Assembly (NCBI GenBank): GCA_002633005.1
Contig: NMRA01000501.1
Location: 226,911 to 290,910 of the forward strand
Source of the DNA: Phoronis australis
Lineage: Eukaryota > Animalia > Phoronida
Length of the DNA stretch: 64,000 bases
Direction: 5' to 3'
The notes beneath the pieces were generated by a model. The model searched no databases and was not told the DNA's origin. It worked only from the letters and a program-made list of their open reading frames with translations. Below, in pieces: positions 13,801-27,817 of this stretch. How positions within the stretch are numbered: the first letter of the stretch is position 1; the number at the start of each line of letters is the position of its first letter. The position numbers and the translations under genes are program-made.

Positions 13801-15032
13801 GGGGAACCAGAGAATCATACACACGAGCATCATAACGCACGAACCACCTACATGTATGAACTTATTTGAATCTTGCACACGAACCCCTGAATCATACATA
13901 CAAACCCAACAATCACACATGCGAACACAAATCATACACACTAACCACCAAACGATAAAGTATTGAATTCGTGCGCGTGGTTCGCGTGATTCGATGCTCG
14001 TTTGTATGATTTTGTGTTCGTATAGTACACATTTAGGATTTTTAAAGTTCGTGGGCATGATTTTTGTTCGTATGTTTCATAAGTTTTCCATATTGTTTTG
14101 ATTGTTTTTCAAACTCAAAGAGTTTATCACTCATGGTAAAATATTTTTGTATTTTTGTAATTTTCCCCAATTTCCACAATGAATAGGATTCATACCTAAA
14201 CTAAAATTTCATTATCATTTTACAAGCTTGTTAAGAGGCACCTTAGCATTGTAAGGGTCTGGAATTTGAGGCTGAATGTCAACCCCATTCCCCAATGTAA
14301 AATATTAAAAAATCAGACTCACGGGGCTCAAAATTCCACTTCAATGATTAAAGATGTTAGTCACTCCTGCAAAAGACTANGAATAGGATGGTAAAGGTAT
14401 CGTGCACTCACAGCAACCATGCTGTTGTACAATACTACAATACTTTCCAAACTAAACTGTATGTTGAAAACAGTATTTGAATATCTAGTTGTCTTGCACT
14501 AGAACCGATTTCAATTCTGGCTACATCTTGACAAAATTTCGACAGGTGTTGTCGAAATAGGAACACTGTTACCTTACCTGTACATGTCCATTCATGAATG
14601 AACAAATAGCGGCTCAGGTAACTCTTCACCTAGTTAAAACTCAATATGGTAGACAAGTGAAATTTGATTTTGTCAAATTCTTCCACATTTTTAAGTCCAC
14701 TTTAGCTGGGTATGCATTGTGTAGATGACAAAAAACAACACTTATTTAAGGTTCTATTATTTAAAAAATAAGCTGCATTGTACATTTCTAAGTTTGACAG
14801 ACTCTGGCAGAGTTCCACCGAAGTCTACCCAGTGGCTTCTTTTGGAAAGTACAGCAAGCTTTTGCTGGTCAGCCATTGTAACATTTCCCTGGACTGTGAT
14901 CTTGTTTTACCTGGACTATCCATAGCATTAACGGTAGAAGCAAGCTGCATCATGATTACAACAACACTGCTTGTACTGCTGTTGCAGAAAATGTTGTGCA
15001 GCCATTAAATTCATCACGCTCTCATGCTCGCT

Positions 15033-18000
15033 TCACCTTGCCCCGTCACCTGTACTGCTACTCATCCACACACTGTTATTACCCAAGTCACCAACAGGAG
15101 TGCTCCCAAATTCAGTCATACATCGACGATCGTGTCCATTATGTAATGTGTCACTACAAGTCACAACCAATGAATCAGCCTCGCAAGCATCACTTGTCTT
15201 CTCAACACTTCCTGATTGTCTTCCCTCACAAGATTCCGTTAGTCTCATTTCTGTTTCAGTGGCATTCAAGTCCAACTCTTCCTCACAATTTTTCGACTCA
15301 GTTCCCTCAGTCTGTTCTGGTCCATCTGAGTAGAAGACAAAAATAAAACTTCCATAATCCACATGCCCACAAGGTCTAATCCAGGAATTGGTAATTCAGG
15401 AAGTCATGAGCTAACAAAGAACTCAACAGCTCATACAATAAATACCAGATCCAGTTATTATAAGAGTACACTGGTTGCAAGGTTTACAGAATTTTATGTA
15501 CCCTACTTTCAATTATACTGAACTCTTAATCTCATTATCGCTATTGCACAATCCACAATATTATAAAGGTTAATTATTTGCATTTACCTGATGGGTAATC
15601 TAGTACCTACCCAGAGCAAGACTGTTCCGATCTATTCTAATGCATGATTGGTCAAAGAAACGATAACAACTTAGCAACGAAGGCTTGCCCTATCAACAAG
15701 GGCACAGATTGGTTCTCTCATAACGAGCACCACCTCTTAATTTCATGTTGATCTCCGCTAGGTAACAACAACACATTTATAATCTTACTGACTGCATTTA
15801 CTATGCTGGCCTCAGTTTGTAGTAAATGCACACCACTGACATCTATCAGGCTAGTCAAGTCATGTGACTTTCCAAATAAGGAAGTCAATGAAGTCAGTAA
15901 CTAATCTAGCGAAAGGACAACTCTAAATTAAACATTTTGAGCAACTGATGAATATGTTCAAGTCAGAGAAACAACTATGTTATAGGTCCGTTAGCACTCC
16001 AGCCAAGCGTCTCAGTTGCACGACTGGGGAATGAAGCCTATAACCAGACCAAATTACTAATCCATGACTCACCCTTCCGTTGGACAGGATAATTCTTTAC
16101 CAGTTTCCCAAAGACGACATAAAGAGTTGGAAACTCGATCACTGTGGTACCGTGCAAATTATCTGCCAATGATCTTGATAAGTCAAAGAGGCGAAACCTG
16201 TCAAAACAGAAACAAGTGCTGTTGCAGTGAACAATCAATGCATTCCGTGCTGAGGTTCTGTCTAGACACAACAATATTTATTTTACAACCTAGCAGCAGT
16301 TATCAAAATAAACTGAAAAGTGTCAAAATTTGAAAAGAAAAAAGTTTTGACGCACAAAACCGCAACTCAAAATATCCATTTTTTAGACTAGACAACCTTT
16401 CAATTACCACACATTCTCGACAAGATCTTGACAGGAGTGGTTCCACCCACTTTGGTAACATTGCGGCAGCTTGTTTTGCAAGTCCTTTTACAAATAAACA
16501 AGGAGAAGCTAGACCACACGTGCTACACTAATTTCTGGCTAACGTTAGACTTAAAAGGCCATTCATTACGAGAAATATTTGACTACGTTGCAAAATAATT
16601 GTCAAGATGACTGCACAAGTTTGGCAGAGTCAGAAAGAACTGAGTCTAAGACAATCCAGTTGATTTTGACAACTCCTGCCCATTGAGACAGGTCACTAAA
16701 TGTAAGAATCATTTCATGGTGCGCTCTGCCGTAACTATGACTACATTCCGTCAGTGTTCCGTCTCACCCGACCTACCGTGGTCTGTCTGCTCTTTGTTCC
16801 TCCAGTTTCATGAACACCCGCATGCCCCCTCTATCCAACTGCGTGTAAGGCTTGAGGCGGTGACGTAAAACAGGGTCAGCAATTCCTGGCTTGAGGAAGC
16901 TGTCTAAAAGGGTGTCTATTGTAGCAGTTTCCTTAACCCTAAATGAAGAACACGGGATGGTGTGAGTGGAACTACAGTGGTTTGAAACACAAGGGAATGA
17001 ATTCGAAAATGGTGCATGTGCACAGTACCATTGACTCTGGTACAGGAAATGGAATCCTATCACAGTAAGAAATACCATGAGACGGATTTATACTAAGAGT
17101 ATCAGGCTGTGCAACTTTTCAAGCCGCTCACAATCAGTGACTGAGTTTGACTCGTCCAGAAGAACAAAAACAGTACCACTGACCTCATAAAACAGTGCTC
17201 AGTCTCCAAGTTTTACACACACTTCCATAGCATAGTCAAGACGATAAGAGCATGACTTGTTAACCTCTTGTTTCAAATAATTTAGCTTTGTCTAATTAGA
17301 GATCAGTAATACAAGTGTAAAGACTCCTGTCCATCACCATGACTTCATAATGTAGGCTCCTGCCTTCACACCCCTCTAGGTAATGCAGGCCCATTCAAGT
17401 AGAGCAGCCTACAGCCATCCCCAACACCAAAGTGTAACCCTTTAGTCCATGCATTAATTCAATCTAGAATCCAGCTCCCAACCCTGACCCTTGCGACCAA
17501 GCGGCCTAATCCAACCCTAGTTTTGCTGTGTAAATAACCCTCAAATATGCCCAGTAAAAGAGAGCCACCTCCCAACCCTATCTACTCACCGCCGTGAATG
17601 GTGCTTGACATCACAGTTCGGAAAGATCCACTCAACATGCCAGAATATGGTTCCAGCTCTAAAAATGATACCAGCATTATCAATCAGAGCTCCATTGAGG
17701 ACACAACACAGATGGGTTTTGATGGTAATGTAGCTGTTTCTGATATATAACCTTTCATCAAAAGATCCTTTGCTAGCTTGGATGGGCATTTCTCCTCAAC
17801 TGTTCACTTGGTATGGTATTACTACACCAAGTGACATAAACGACACACCAAAAGACACAAATCTTGGTTCTGCCTCCACTTTCATTGAGCAAATACGAAT
17901 GACCAACATAGACTGTGTTCAATCGCGGGTAGGACATTGCATTTGCTCAATGGATGTGACCGCCAAGCCAAAACATGGGCCTTTTGCTGGACTGTTTACA

Positions 18001-21000
18001 TCACTTTCTACCCTTCAATGGATAGCTGATACACCTCAGGGGAAAGGCAATTCGCACAGAAAAATAGGTCTCCACAAGAACAAGGAATATTTCTGTATTT
18101 TTACTAAAACGTAACATGAAAAATAAGTCTAACTATAATCTTTAACTTCAAACCAGTAAACGTCAAGTTAGGGATGGATAAATCATCCCATTGAATCATT
18201 CAGTGAATTAAATTTGATACACAGTGTAGTCATAAGGAACCATAACACCCCCACCTGCTATTGAACAACCAAACACACCAGGCCCAACCCCAAAACATAA
18301 ATCAAAACGATGACCTTACATGGTTACGTGGAGTTTAAAGCTAAGTTAGAGAACAGACAAAAACAAATCATCAAATTGCTTTCATTTTTCTGAAATTGAA
18401 GGGACATTATCGTGGGACAAAAATGATTTTTTGAAATCAGCCTCATAGTGGAATCGATCCACGGTCGCAGCCTAACACTCCAATGATAAGCTAAACCCCA
18501 CACAGTAAAGAGTATAATATTTTAAGTGTATTAAACTGGCAGTCACTGGCCTTGATGTTAGTGAATGTCTGGCAGGCAAAAATATGACGGTTATTGTCGT
18601 TTCATTGCTCTGAGCAAAGCCAACTGTCTCTCCCAAGAAACGAAAATCTCAAAAATACCTTTTTTGGTTGAAAAACTAATAATGTCCTTTAACAGTCGGT
18701 TTAACACTACATAAAGCAATAACAACATAACATTAAAGCCTTACTGAAAGGCGAAACAGGTCGAGTTCTGTCGACGTCGCGTTGACCCCTGGGGCATCAC
18801 CTTAAGGGTAACGCCACGCTTCCTGGCTTGAGCAATCAACTTCTTTATCTACAAGAATTACAATTTTGATTTTCAAAACATTTGCAAAAACAACGACTAT
18901 TTCCTTAAAGAAAATCTTTGCAATATTTTCACAAGTTGAAAACACATGAAGTGTCACCTATCAAGAAACACGGGAACATTATATGAATTACAGCACTGCA
19001 TGTATTTGCATGTAAAACAAAGTTCAATGCTGCTCATTCACCAGTCATTTTCTTGGTGCACCACCAGAAATTCAAAATTTATTTTGAAAATACAATACTT
19101 ACTGAAAACATTTGATGACAGGGTGAAAGAGCATAGTCTGCGAAACAGTTTAAATTTGATTGGTTTGCAATCAAATTCCTTTATGCAGTTTTTAACAGAA
19201 AAAGCAGAAAGAGTAAGTTTGAAGTCTCAGTTCTAAAACAGCATCACATCTCTAACTACAACTCAAACATAGACATCTTGAAATAGGCAGAATAACCTCA
19301 ACAAACTGCAGTAAAAATTCACCACTTTGGAACAGTGCAAAATTGATTATTTAGCTCAAGGTCAGAGCTTGTGCCAAATTTTAGAAATAAGCAATATCAG
19401 CTGTCCTAAAGTCTTTACATTACCCTTGCCATCATGGTAATAGGCTCCCACCACTAAAAGTCATTAAGAAATCACCTGGTACAAAGAGGATGAGCTCTCA
19501 AGAATCAATTCATCATTAACAGAAATGTGACGGCCATTTTACTCGCCAATGCTCAACCCGACCTATTGCAAATGAAAAAATCATGCTAAAATCCATTAGG
19601 GTAAAGATTTGATTTATATGTTTTATGACAGACTAACCTAGTTTATTATATGTGTTTTAGGAGGTGAGAAAAGAAAAAAATGCTGTTTTAAGTACTAAAC
19701 TAATGAAGCATTGGGAAATTGTGAAAATGACAATACTAAATATAACACCGCAGGATACAAGAGTCAACTCGGTCTATGTATGTCTCGAGTTAATGTTGCA
19801 AAAGAAACCAGGAGTTGGTGACTATTGAAAACACATAACTGTTCCCATGTCATACAGAGGGCGCTACATGTCAGTGACATCACCTGACCACTTCCTTCAA
19901 CAACAGTCCCCCACAAGCAATTGACCCCAGTTGTTTTCTTTCCTCAAAAAGATAATATTCACACCCAACAAGAATTACTCCATTCACACACTAATTGAAG
20001 AAAACAATATTCATTCTATGGCAGGGTTTGCACAAATCTATACGGATAATCAGCTTGCATCAAACATCAATAAAGGTCTTTGTGAACTACACACTCAGTA
20101 ACTAACTGCCCACAAGGTTAAAGGTCCAAGTAACCCACACATTTCGTCAAAACACATCACATATATAACAAAACCCAATTTTTAGTTTGGCCACCAAATC
20201 AGCCTCATCCTGAGATTAAAAATGACTTCTGGGCTTACTGGAAACTGATATTTCATTACTGCTTTATACATTTTGTACCAAGACCATTAGGTTACATGTC
20301 ACGGTGGGTTAGTGCCAGTCACTAAGATAGCACGACCGACAGTGGAATTCAAGATGATTCATTGCAAAGAATTTTGATTCAAACATTAGATATTAATGAG
20401 ACGACATTGCTTTGGAACAGTTGATACTACATCAAACTGAGGTTTATAGAAGCTTTAAACGAGTGTCATAGTTTTACAAATTCATGACAACCGAGACAAA
20501 CTTGTCACAGAGAAAATCTGTAGTCATAGCACTTAGTGAAGAGCCCTGAACACCGACTTGTCCTACGCCACAACTTCCCAAGCCCAAGGAGTGTGCAGTG
20601 GCAATTGTCTGCCCGCTTGTCAGTTACTTACATAGTGAGGGCGATGGGAAACTTTAACTGGGTCACGGTTTGTTCCGTCAACTTTTCTATCAATGTCCTC
20701 AAGAAATCTGTAGTCTACAATAAATGATGATCAGACTTAAAAACAATATTACAGTCGACGTGCTTTAGTCATTGCAATACATATCGCTTAATATAAGACA
20801 TAGGATACAGCAGTGAATGCATTGAGCTGAATGAAAAGGACATTTCCTCAGCAAAACAGGACGTTGCAGAAAGTATGGTAAAAATTAACTAACTAATCAG
20901 ACATATTATTCTTGCAATGCCGTGAAACTTGAACCTGGTGAGCAGAGGGTGAATGAAGACCCCCGTGAGAGTCAAATTGACCGTATGTCCTTGCAAGAAC

Positions 21001-21534
21001 AAGCTACAGGCTATAACGACAAAAATGAATCATTGGAAACAATACAATGCCATTAGATTGTCAAGTCAAGTGACACAACCATGTCTACACGAAGCCGTTA
21101 GAGACACAAAGGCAAGAGACAAACTCATCTTGACATGAAGTTTATGGGGTGTTCATGTCCACTTGAATTCGTAAGATAAGATAGGACATAATTGACCTAC
21201 TGCAAGCTATGCCCCCTTGCAAAATGTTAACAAACAAACAATAAGTTTTATCCGGCAACCTGTCGTTTGTCGGGTAAAATGGCAGCTTGGAAACGAACAT
21301 GTGTCAAGAATGCTACGTTCTAATTGGTCAGTCGGTGGTATAGTTACCATTCAGAAGGTGAAGATCGCCCATCTCCTTCACCGACACAAACTTGGTTTTG
21401 TCTCTGACCCCGTCACAGCCTGACTTTGACTTGTGCTCTTTGACGCAGTCTACTGAACATGTGCGCAGGCAACAGCGAGGGCACTTGTACTTTGCAACCA
21501 CTTGAAGGCAAATTTCACACTTTGCAGTCGACAT
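15033..21534 (-). CDS. ZNHIT6: Box C/D snoRNP assembly factor ZNHIT6/BCD1, 340 aa
   Basis: Exons 21534-21348, 20714-20632, 18848-18745, 17658-17590, 16938-16777, 16197-16073, 15325-15033. All GT-AG, phases consistent, 1023 nt in total. zf-HIT CEICxxxxAKYKCPRCxxRTCSVDCVKEHK, then GVRDKT, DYRFLED, MPxGxTRRRQNST, IFWHVEWIF and L.GTTVIEFPTLYV, typical of BCD1. Confidence 0.95.
18400..18688. mobile_element. Short TTAA-type (Kolobok-like) element in ZNHIT6 intron
   Basis: Ends agggacattat / ataatgtcct with flanks TTGA / TTAA. Same terminal sequence as the 37964-38317 element. Confidence 0.65.
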
Positions 21535-22509
21535 GCTACAAAAAAAATAATAACACGTACAGTGCAAGACCAAATAGCTAATCAGTGAAGAACAGCGTAC
21601 CGAAATGACAATTGCCAAAATCTCAGGTTTGGTAGTCCCCCAAATACCTATACGGGAAGATGAAATTTCAAGGCAAACATGAATTTTCTTGATTATAATA
21701 ATAGGGGCATGGGCAATTTCAGTGTTTAAATTTTATAAATATTCTTGGAAACTGCATTTTGCATCAACAGGATCTGTCAATAAACTCAATGTAGATCATA
21801 AAATTGTAGAAAGTAGCTGCAAACACAATGATTTCACAGGGCCCTCACTATTCTCTGAAGAAAGATGCCTGTGCTTTCTGAGGGAAATGTTTTTAATTGA
21901 GGTAACCCTCAGCCTAGTCACTAACAAAGTGTCAAACCCCATTCCAAACTGAGGGGTAGTAGAAGTGATTCAAACCGTGACGGCAAATTTTTTAATAGTG
22001 GGATGGTAATTTCTTGGCCCTGTAAGACCTGTTTTGCATGATTTTTAAATAATTTTCATTGTGTTTATTGAATTTGGGATGGGCAATTGCCTATCTCAGA
22101 TACTTTACTCCAGCTCTGGCATGCCAATAACAGCTGATCCAATCTCAAAATTCATTGCACAAAGTAGGTTGAATGGACAAACTCTGCATTAATTTAAATA
22201 TGCAAATAAATGGGATGGTGGCTACTAGTGAAGATCGGAACATTGCAATGGACAGGAGTGGAACTGTACCGGCATGGTGACCAAAGAAACTTTGAAGCAA
22301 AGTGTTTATTTCAAACTTGTGTGCGAGTTAACAAAAAACATATTTTTCAGCCAAAATTTGACAGTAACATGGACAAATTTCATGGTGCTAGGCAAAGTTG
22401 AGTAATTCATAGGATAGCTAGATACAAACTTTATTAGTAACTGCAGAGTAATGGATTAATGCATAATGGCATTCTTTTCCTGGCAGTAACCGAATTAAAT
22501 TAAGAATGA

Positions 22510-22740
22510 GTGTATGTGTTGTAGACGTGCTCCCAGTGAACCATATGAGCCTCTGTTAGCCATTCGATAACAGGCAATTGCCCATTAGCTAAATGGTAAA
22601 CATGCTTACCAGTTTCATTGGGGTCGCAGATGTGCTCCAGCCAAGGTGAATCATCAGAGCCTCTGTTAGTCATTCGATAACCGGCATTGCCCATTAGCTG
22701 AATGATAAATGTGCCTGCTGGTTTCATCGGGGTTGCTGGT
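22510..22740. repeat. Two diverged tandem copies of a ~111-bp unit
   Basis: gagcctctgttagYcattcgataaCMggc...ttgcccattagct occurs at ~22547 and ~22657. Confidence 0.7.
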
Positions 22741-22921
22741 TTGATTTCAGGGTCTGATAGCTATTGCTACAGTTGTTGGCGTAGTTTTCAAACTGATGAT
22801 CTACTGATCAAGAACTACTAATACCCACATAACCTCGGACACCGCGCATGGTATAACGATGGAAAAGTTCCAAGAGTCGAGGACGTCAAGGGCTGATTGA
22901 AGGTGCTGGCTCTGGCTTGAG

Positions 22922-23642
22922 TCACAGGCATCCTCAGCTTCTGATCGTCCCCAATAATACTACAAGGTATGACACTCCCGACTAGAAATTCCACGGGTGC
23001 TTCACTTCAGCCGTCCATAGCAAACACAAAACTCAATAAATTTACACAAAACAGAGGTTCAACAAACCATGACGAATTGGTGTTTCTCCCAATACTATTT
23101 ATGGTGTTCTGCTTTACCCAGTTCGCAATAAATTCGCGATCAAAGCACAAAAATCTTCCCAAAAAGCCCGTCCGGAGCAACTCCCATGTTAATCGAAGGT
23201 CAAGGATGACACGGAATTCTCCGATGAGTTACAGATAAACGGTAATTGCCGATTTGCCACGGAAAGTTACGGAATCGTGACAAATCGGCAACTGCCGTTC
23301 ATCCGTAACTCATACGATAATTTCGTATCGTCCTTGAACTTCAATCAACATGGGAGTTGCTCTGGACGGGCTTTTTGGGAAGATTTTTGTGCTTTGAACA
23401 CAAATTTCTTGCGAACTGCGTGATGCAGGACATCGTAATAAATGCGCGAAATGGTATTGGGAGAAAGAACAATTCCTCAGCTCATGGTTTGTTGAACCTC
23501 TGTTCTGTGTAAATTTATCGAGTTTTGTGTTTGCTATGGACGGCTGAAGACTGAAGTGAAGCACCCATGTAATTCCTAGGCGGGAGTGTCATACCTTGTA
23601 GTTTATATGACTGAGCACGATCAGAAGCTGAGGACGCCTGTG
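22922..23642. mobile_element. ~720-bp foldback (long inverted repeat) element
   Basis: Left arm (cacaggcatcctcagcttctgatcg...actacaaggtatgacactcccg...cagaggttcaacaaaccatga) is the reverse complement of the right arm, centred near 23270. The ORF track shows near-identical peptides on opposite strands. Confidence 0.85.
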
Positions 23643-23661
23643 TATATCCAACCCAGATCTT

Positions 23662-24568
23662 CCCAAACTGTAGCCTGTCACGCATGCGACTGCATAAAGC
23701 GCCATAAAGCCCAAGCCCAGGTTAACCGAGATTGGTTTGACTTCTATTTTACACTAGAGGTTTACCCGAGAGCTGGCGCTTCTATTCCAGTTGCTCCGTT
23801 GTTGACCTCGACGTACCAGTTGCACACAACGCTACTGTCTCTCCGCTTGTTTTCACTCTTCGACAACTCATGTGCGTTCTGAAGCACATGTGCACAAAGT
23901 TCGATGACGTCTACCGTTTGAGCTACCGCCACCTGGTGGNGCACGTACGCGAAGGGCGGGAACTTTAGCTTTCAAAGTTCGCCGGTAGGTCCGCAACTTC
24001 TGACCTTCTGCCTGGTTAAAAAATGAAAAAGTTAATTTCACGATTTTGGGAACTGAAATAGGGACTGCTCGAAGAAAAAGTTTCATAACGGGAGTATTTG
24101 TTCCAGTTGGAAGAACTTAAACACATCGACAACCTCCTAAGGTGTTCGTCTATGCGCAAAAGGTAGTTATAACAACGTGGCTTTGATCATGGTTTAGTCG
24201 GTGCGAGGCATAATTCGCCGAAAAGCTTCCGGCGTACAGAGCGCCTATAGCCCCAACATCGCCTCTGGTTCGGGCCAACAGAGGCGATGGTCATTGCCTA
24301 CCCAAACTGTAGCCTGTAACGCATGCGACTGCATAAAGCCCAAGCCCAGGTTAACCGAGATTGGTTTGACTTCTATTTTACACTAGAGGTTTACCCGAGA
24401 GCTGGCGCTTCTATTCCAGTTGCTCCGTTGTTGACCTCGACGTACCAGTTGCACACAACGCTACTGTCTCTCCGCTTGTTTTCACTCTTCGACAACTCAT
24501 GTGCGTTCTGAAGCACATGTGCACAAAGTTCGATGACGTCTACCGTTTGAGCTACCGCCACCTGGTGG
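23662..24568. repeat. Near-identical direct duplication (23662-23939 and 24301-24568) next to an n gap
   Basis: Copies differ mainly by a 10-bp indel. The first copy ends exactly at the n at 23940. Confidence 0.85.
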
Positions 24569-25860
24569 TAAAAAGTTATAACCTCGGGCCCCGCGCGGTC
24601 CGTTTCATGGTAGCGTTTGCTTCGTCCATAGATTAATGATCATGGGAGGCGTAGCTCTGAAATGAGTGGGATTGGGCGCTAAGTTCCGAAGACGTAAGCC
24701 TTCACCACTGAGATGGTCTAGTTACCCGAAAGGGGGGGTCACGGGGCAAAAAGGGTTAGGGAGGCCTACTACCAGAGCGGCAANACAGGGTGCTCACGTA
24801 ATAACATCACCCGGCCTGCTCAGTTATCACGTGTAATTTATTTTTTACTGAAAAAAATAAGATACAACGAAAAGGAAACGCGTGATGTTTGACATACGTA
24901 TTATCTGACAAGACTGATCGAGTAAGACCCTGAGAGCAAAATTTTTCCAAATTAAGTAGTCAAGGTTTGAAGTAGTCCATGATGAACTGATCAAATTTAG
25001 TTGCGCATGTAAGTCTTTTGAATGGACTTGGCAACCTCTATCTGCTTCATATCCAAAATCTATTTCACGTAGTGCGTAGTTAAATTTGTACTCAATACTT
25101 GTTTCTTCCAGTGAGTACTCAGAACTGTGCGAAAAGCCTTCCTAGACAACCACTCGCAGCAGTTGACGACCAGATGTACGGTATAAAATACACGTACATG
25201 TATGAGCAACCAAACTTTTTTGCATAGTACCCCCCATCGGCTGCCGCAAAAAAACAACAAGAGCGTAGGGAAGTGTTGAGTTTATTAATTAACCTCCGTA
25301 ATTAACATTATACGGCTGAAACAAGATTCAAATGTGTGCAGTTTTAGTGTGTTGGGAGGGGGTGTGCTCAGATCCAATTTCAAGTGTCAAATTAGGAACA
25401 CGGCGCAATCGTAACGGAACTATGGCTAAGTATGGGCTCTCCCGCGATATCCGAGACGACCGGCAGTGGCGCTGGGCACTCCGACGTCTGCTTCTCTGTG
25501 TAATGAAGAAAATTACTTCCAAGATAATGGAATCTGAGTGACGATGAAAAAACAGTAGCTGCTAGTAAGATGGGGATTTTTTATCGAAGCCTTAGTCAAT
25601 CGACCAGAAACTCACAATTCTCTCTTTGTCAAACCATAACTTAGGACGATTTCCAAAGCAATCGCGTCATTAATGCCAACACAAAAAACGGATTTGGTCT
25701 TTTGGGCAATTGAAGACTATTTAAATACAACAAATTTGTTACGAACTGATTGCACAAAATATAAAAAGTGTAATAAGCATTACAAAAAGAAATAGCTTTC
25801 GAGTGCAAACGCTGTGGACCGTTAACAAGTAGGTCTCTAAGAATGCAACTACGTGTTAAA

Positions 25861-25943
25861 TCGTGGTGGCCGGGTGCGGTGGTAAACCACGCACACACTA
25901 TCCGCTAGGTCGTGAGTTCGAGTCAGTGGTAACTGCACTTTTT
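25861..25943 (+). other. tRNA-derived Pol III-like unit (SINE head or tRNA pseudogene)
   Basis: A-box-like TGGCCGGGTGCGGTGG, B-box-like GAGTTCGAGTC, followed by a T-run. No clean cloverleaf. Confidence 0.45.
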
Positions 25944-27639
25944 CAAGTTTGACACGTTCTCCCTGTTTTTTTGTTTTTTTTTTGTCTTGGATAATACTTC
26001 AGGAATCAAGGAAAATGCTTGATTTTTAGTGGAAAAAAACGGAAAATTTTTACTAGCAGGACGGGCAAACCCTCCTCCGGACCTCCCCCCATTCGGTGCT
26101 ATGCGCTTCTACATGTACAATCGTGCTTTGCGCAAATGTTTACAGACAAAATATTGGGCCCCCTTGTGATATCCTAGATCCGCCATTGGATATTGAGTTT
26201 CAGTGTACTTCTGGTCCCTTAGTGAACAAGTCTTGTGATGTTTTTTTACCAAAGTTTGCTTTGTAAAACTATTTATCTCAGCCAGTACTGTTTGGTCCCG
26301 CGACAGATCGATTATTTTTATAGGAATAATAAGCACAGGTGTATTTTTGGTCTCGTGACGGACCAGGCCAGCCTTTTTGTGTACTCTCAGTGTACATCTG
26401 GTCCCTCTGCGAACTGTTCCCGTATATCTTTTCACCACCATGTACAGAATGTTGTGGTTTCGTGAAACTGTTTTCAGATGATTTGTTTCCTGATGCATTT
26501 GACGTTTTTCAATTGTTGTGAACGTGATTCAGCTTAATAAAGTGATACGTAATTGTTTATTGTCGCTTTTAATAATAGACTATGAGCTGAGAGCACCATC
26601 GTTCGCCAGTTTTTCTCATAACGAGAGAGAACACATGTTTATTTCCGGACTAACAGTGCAGGTCCTCGTTTTTAAACAACTTTAGGCTGTTGTACGCGAT
26701 CATCTGATATTCAATTTTTTACGCCCCTTCGCTGTTCCTTATGCTCTTGAATATTTTGTAGTTGTCTAAACCCCCTATATGACTTTTCGTATGCTAAAAA
26801 GGTGTGTGTAAGCAGATGTTCCGACAAAAAAATTTGCTGGGGGCGTGACTCATACCCTGATGTGCACAAATATGGTTTCACGAAACTTATTAGCCACGTT
26901 CATGTGACGAAAACGAGAAGGGTTTTTTAAAGAGATATGTTAATCTTCAGAAAAACTCCAGAAACGTGTAAAGTGCCAGAAACTTACCAGGATGCATGGA
27001 AATTTCACTATTCGGCTACAAAAACAAAAAATTCTCCTGCACGGGAGGGGAGTTTCCCCCTCGCTTGGCGCCACGCGCCTCGGATTCGACCTGTGCGTGA
27101 ATCCTAAACCCACCGGTTACTGAAAACGTAGATCCTCCACTGAAAACGTAATAAGTGTGTGGTTATATTTTTACTTGGCACCAGTCTTTATCAAAAATAG
27201 TTTCGATTTGAAAGGGTAAGACTTCTTACCCAGATCCACTGATCCATAGTTATGAAGTTCACCCCAGCTGCTGTAATGTTTTTGTGGGCGTATAAAGTTT
27301 GGGGTAGCGTTTATAAAAGTTGTACCGTGGGTTCTGTGTTTGCTGGTCCATGACTGGTGTTTACAGACGGAAGCTGAGGTCTGGAGGTTTGCCTGTGGAA
27401 TCATTTCCACCCCTGCGATTTCAAAATGTAGGTAGCCCTGGGTAGCTTTAGTCTTGATGTGACTGAGTACATTCTACATGTTTACACTTTTTATTTTAAA
27501 CACAACATGACAATTTCTGTGGTAATATTACACATTGAGACACGACCACTGATGCCTCTGTTCTAAAATGCAGTGTGATTACAGTCATTAGGAGGTGATG
27601 TCATTTCATTGATGCTGCTATTCATTTAAGAAACTGACG

Positions 27640-27817
27640 AATTGACCTATACCCAGGTTTTGAGTGGCGGCTTAATTGACCAATCAGAACGCAGCGTTCT
27701 TGACACACCTTCGTTTCCAAGCCGCTATCTTACCCGACAAAAAACAAGTTGACAGGTAAAACTTATTGTTTGTTTGTCGATATTTCGCAAGGGGGCGGAG
27801 CTTGCGATAGGTCAGTT
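27640..27817. mobile_element. MITE, AATTGACCTAT family
   Basis: TIRs aattgacctat / ataggtcagtt. Internal similarity to 950-1131. Confidence 0.75.

Noticed and set aside
13800-14075. Facing arrays of gaatcatacac/gttcgt motifs
   Set aside because: Low-complexity degenerate foldback with undefined ends; most likely an old MITE remnant.
15326-21347. Intronic box C/D snoRNAs within ZNHIT6
   Set aside because: No convincing RTGATGA...CTGA pair with a terminal stem found on the sense strand by eye; would need snoscan or Infernal.
23762-23944. Minus-strand frame that could splice in phase 2 to the ZNHIT6 ATG exon
   Set aside because: No in-frame ATG in either duplicate copy and a weak GTAAAC donor; at most a 5' UTR exon candidate.
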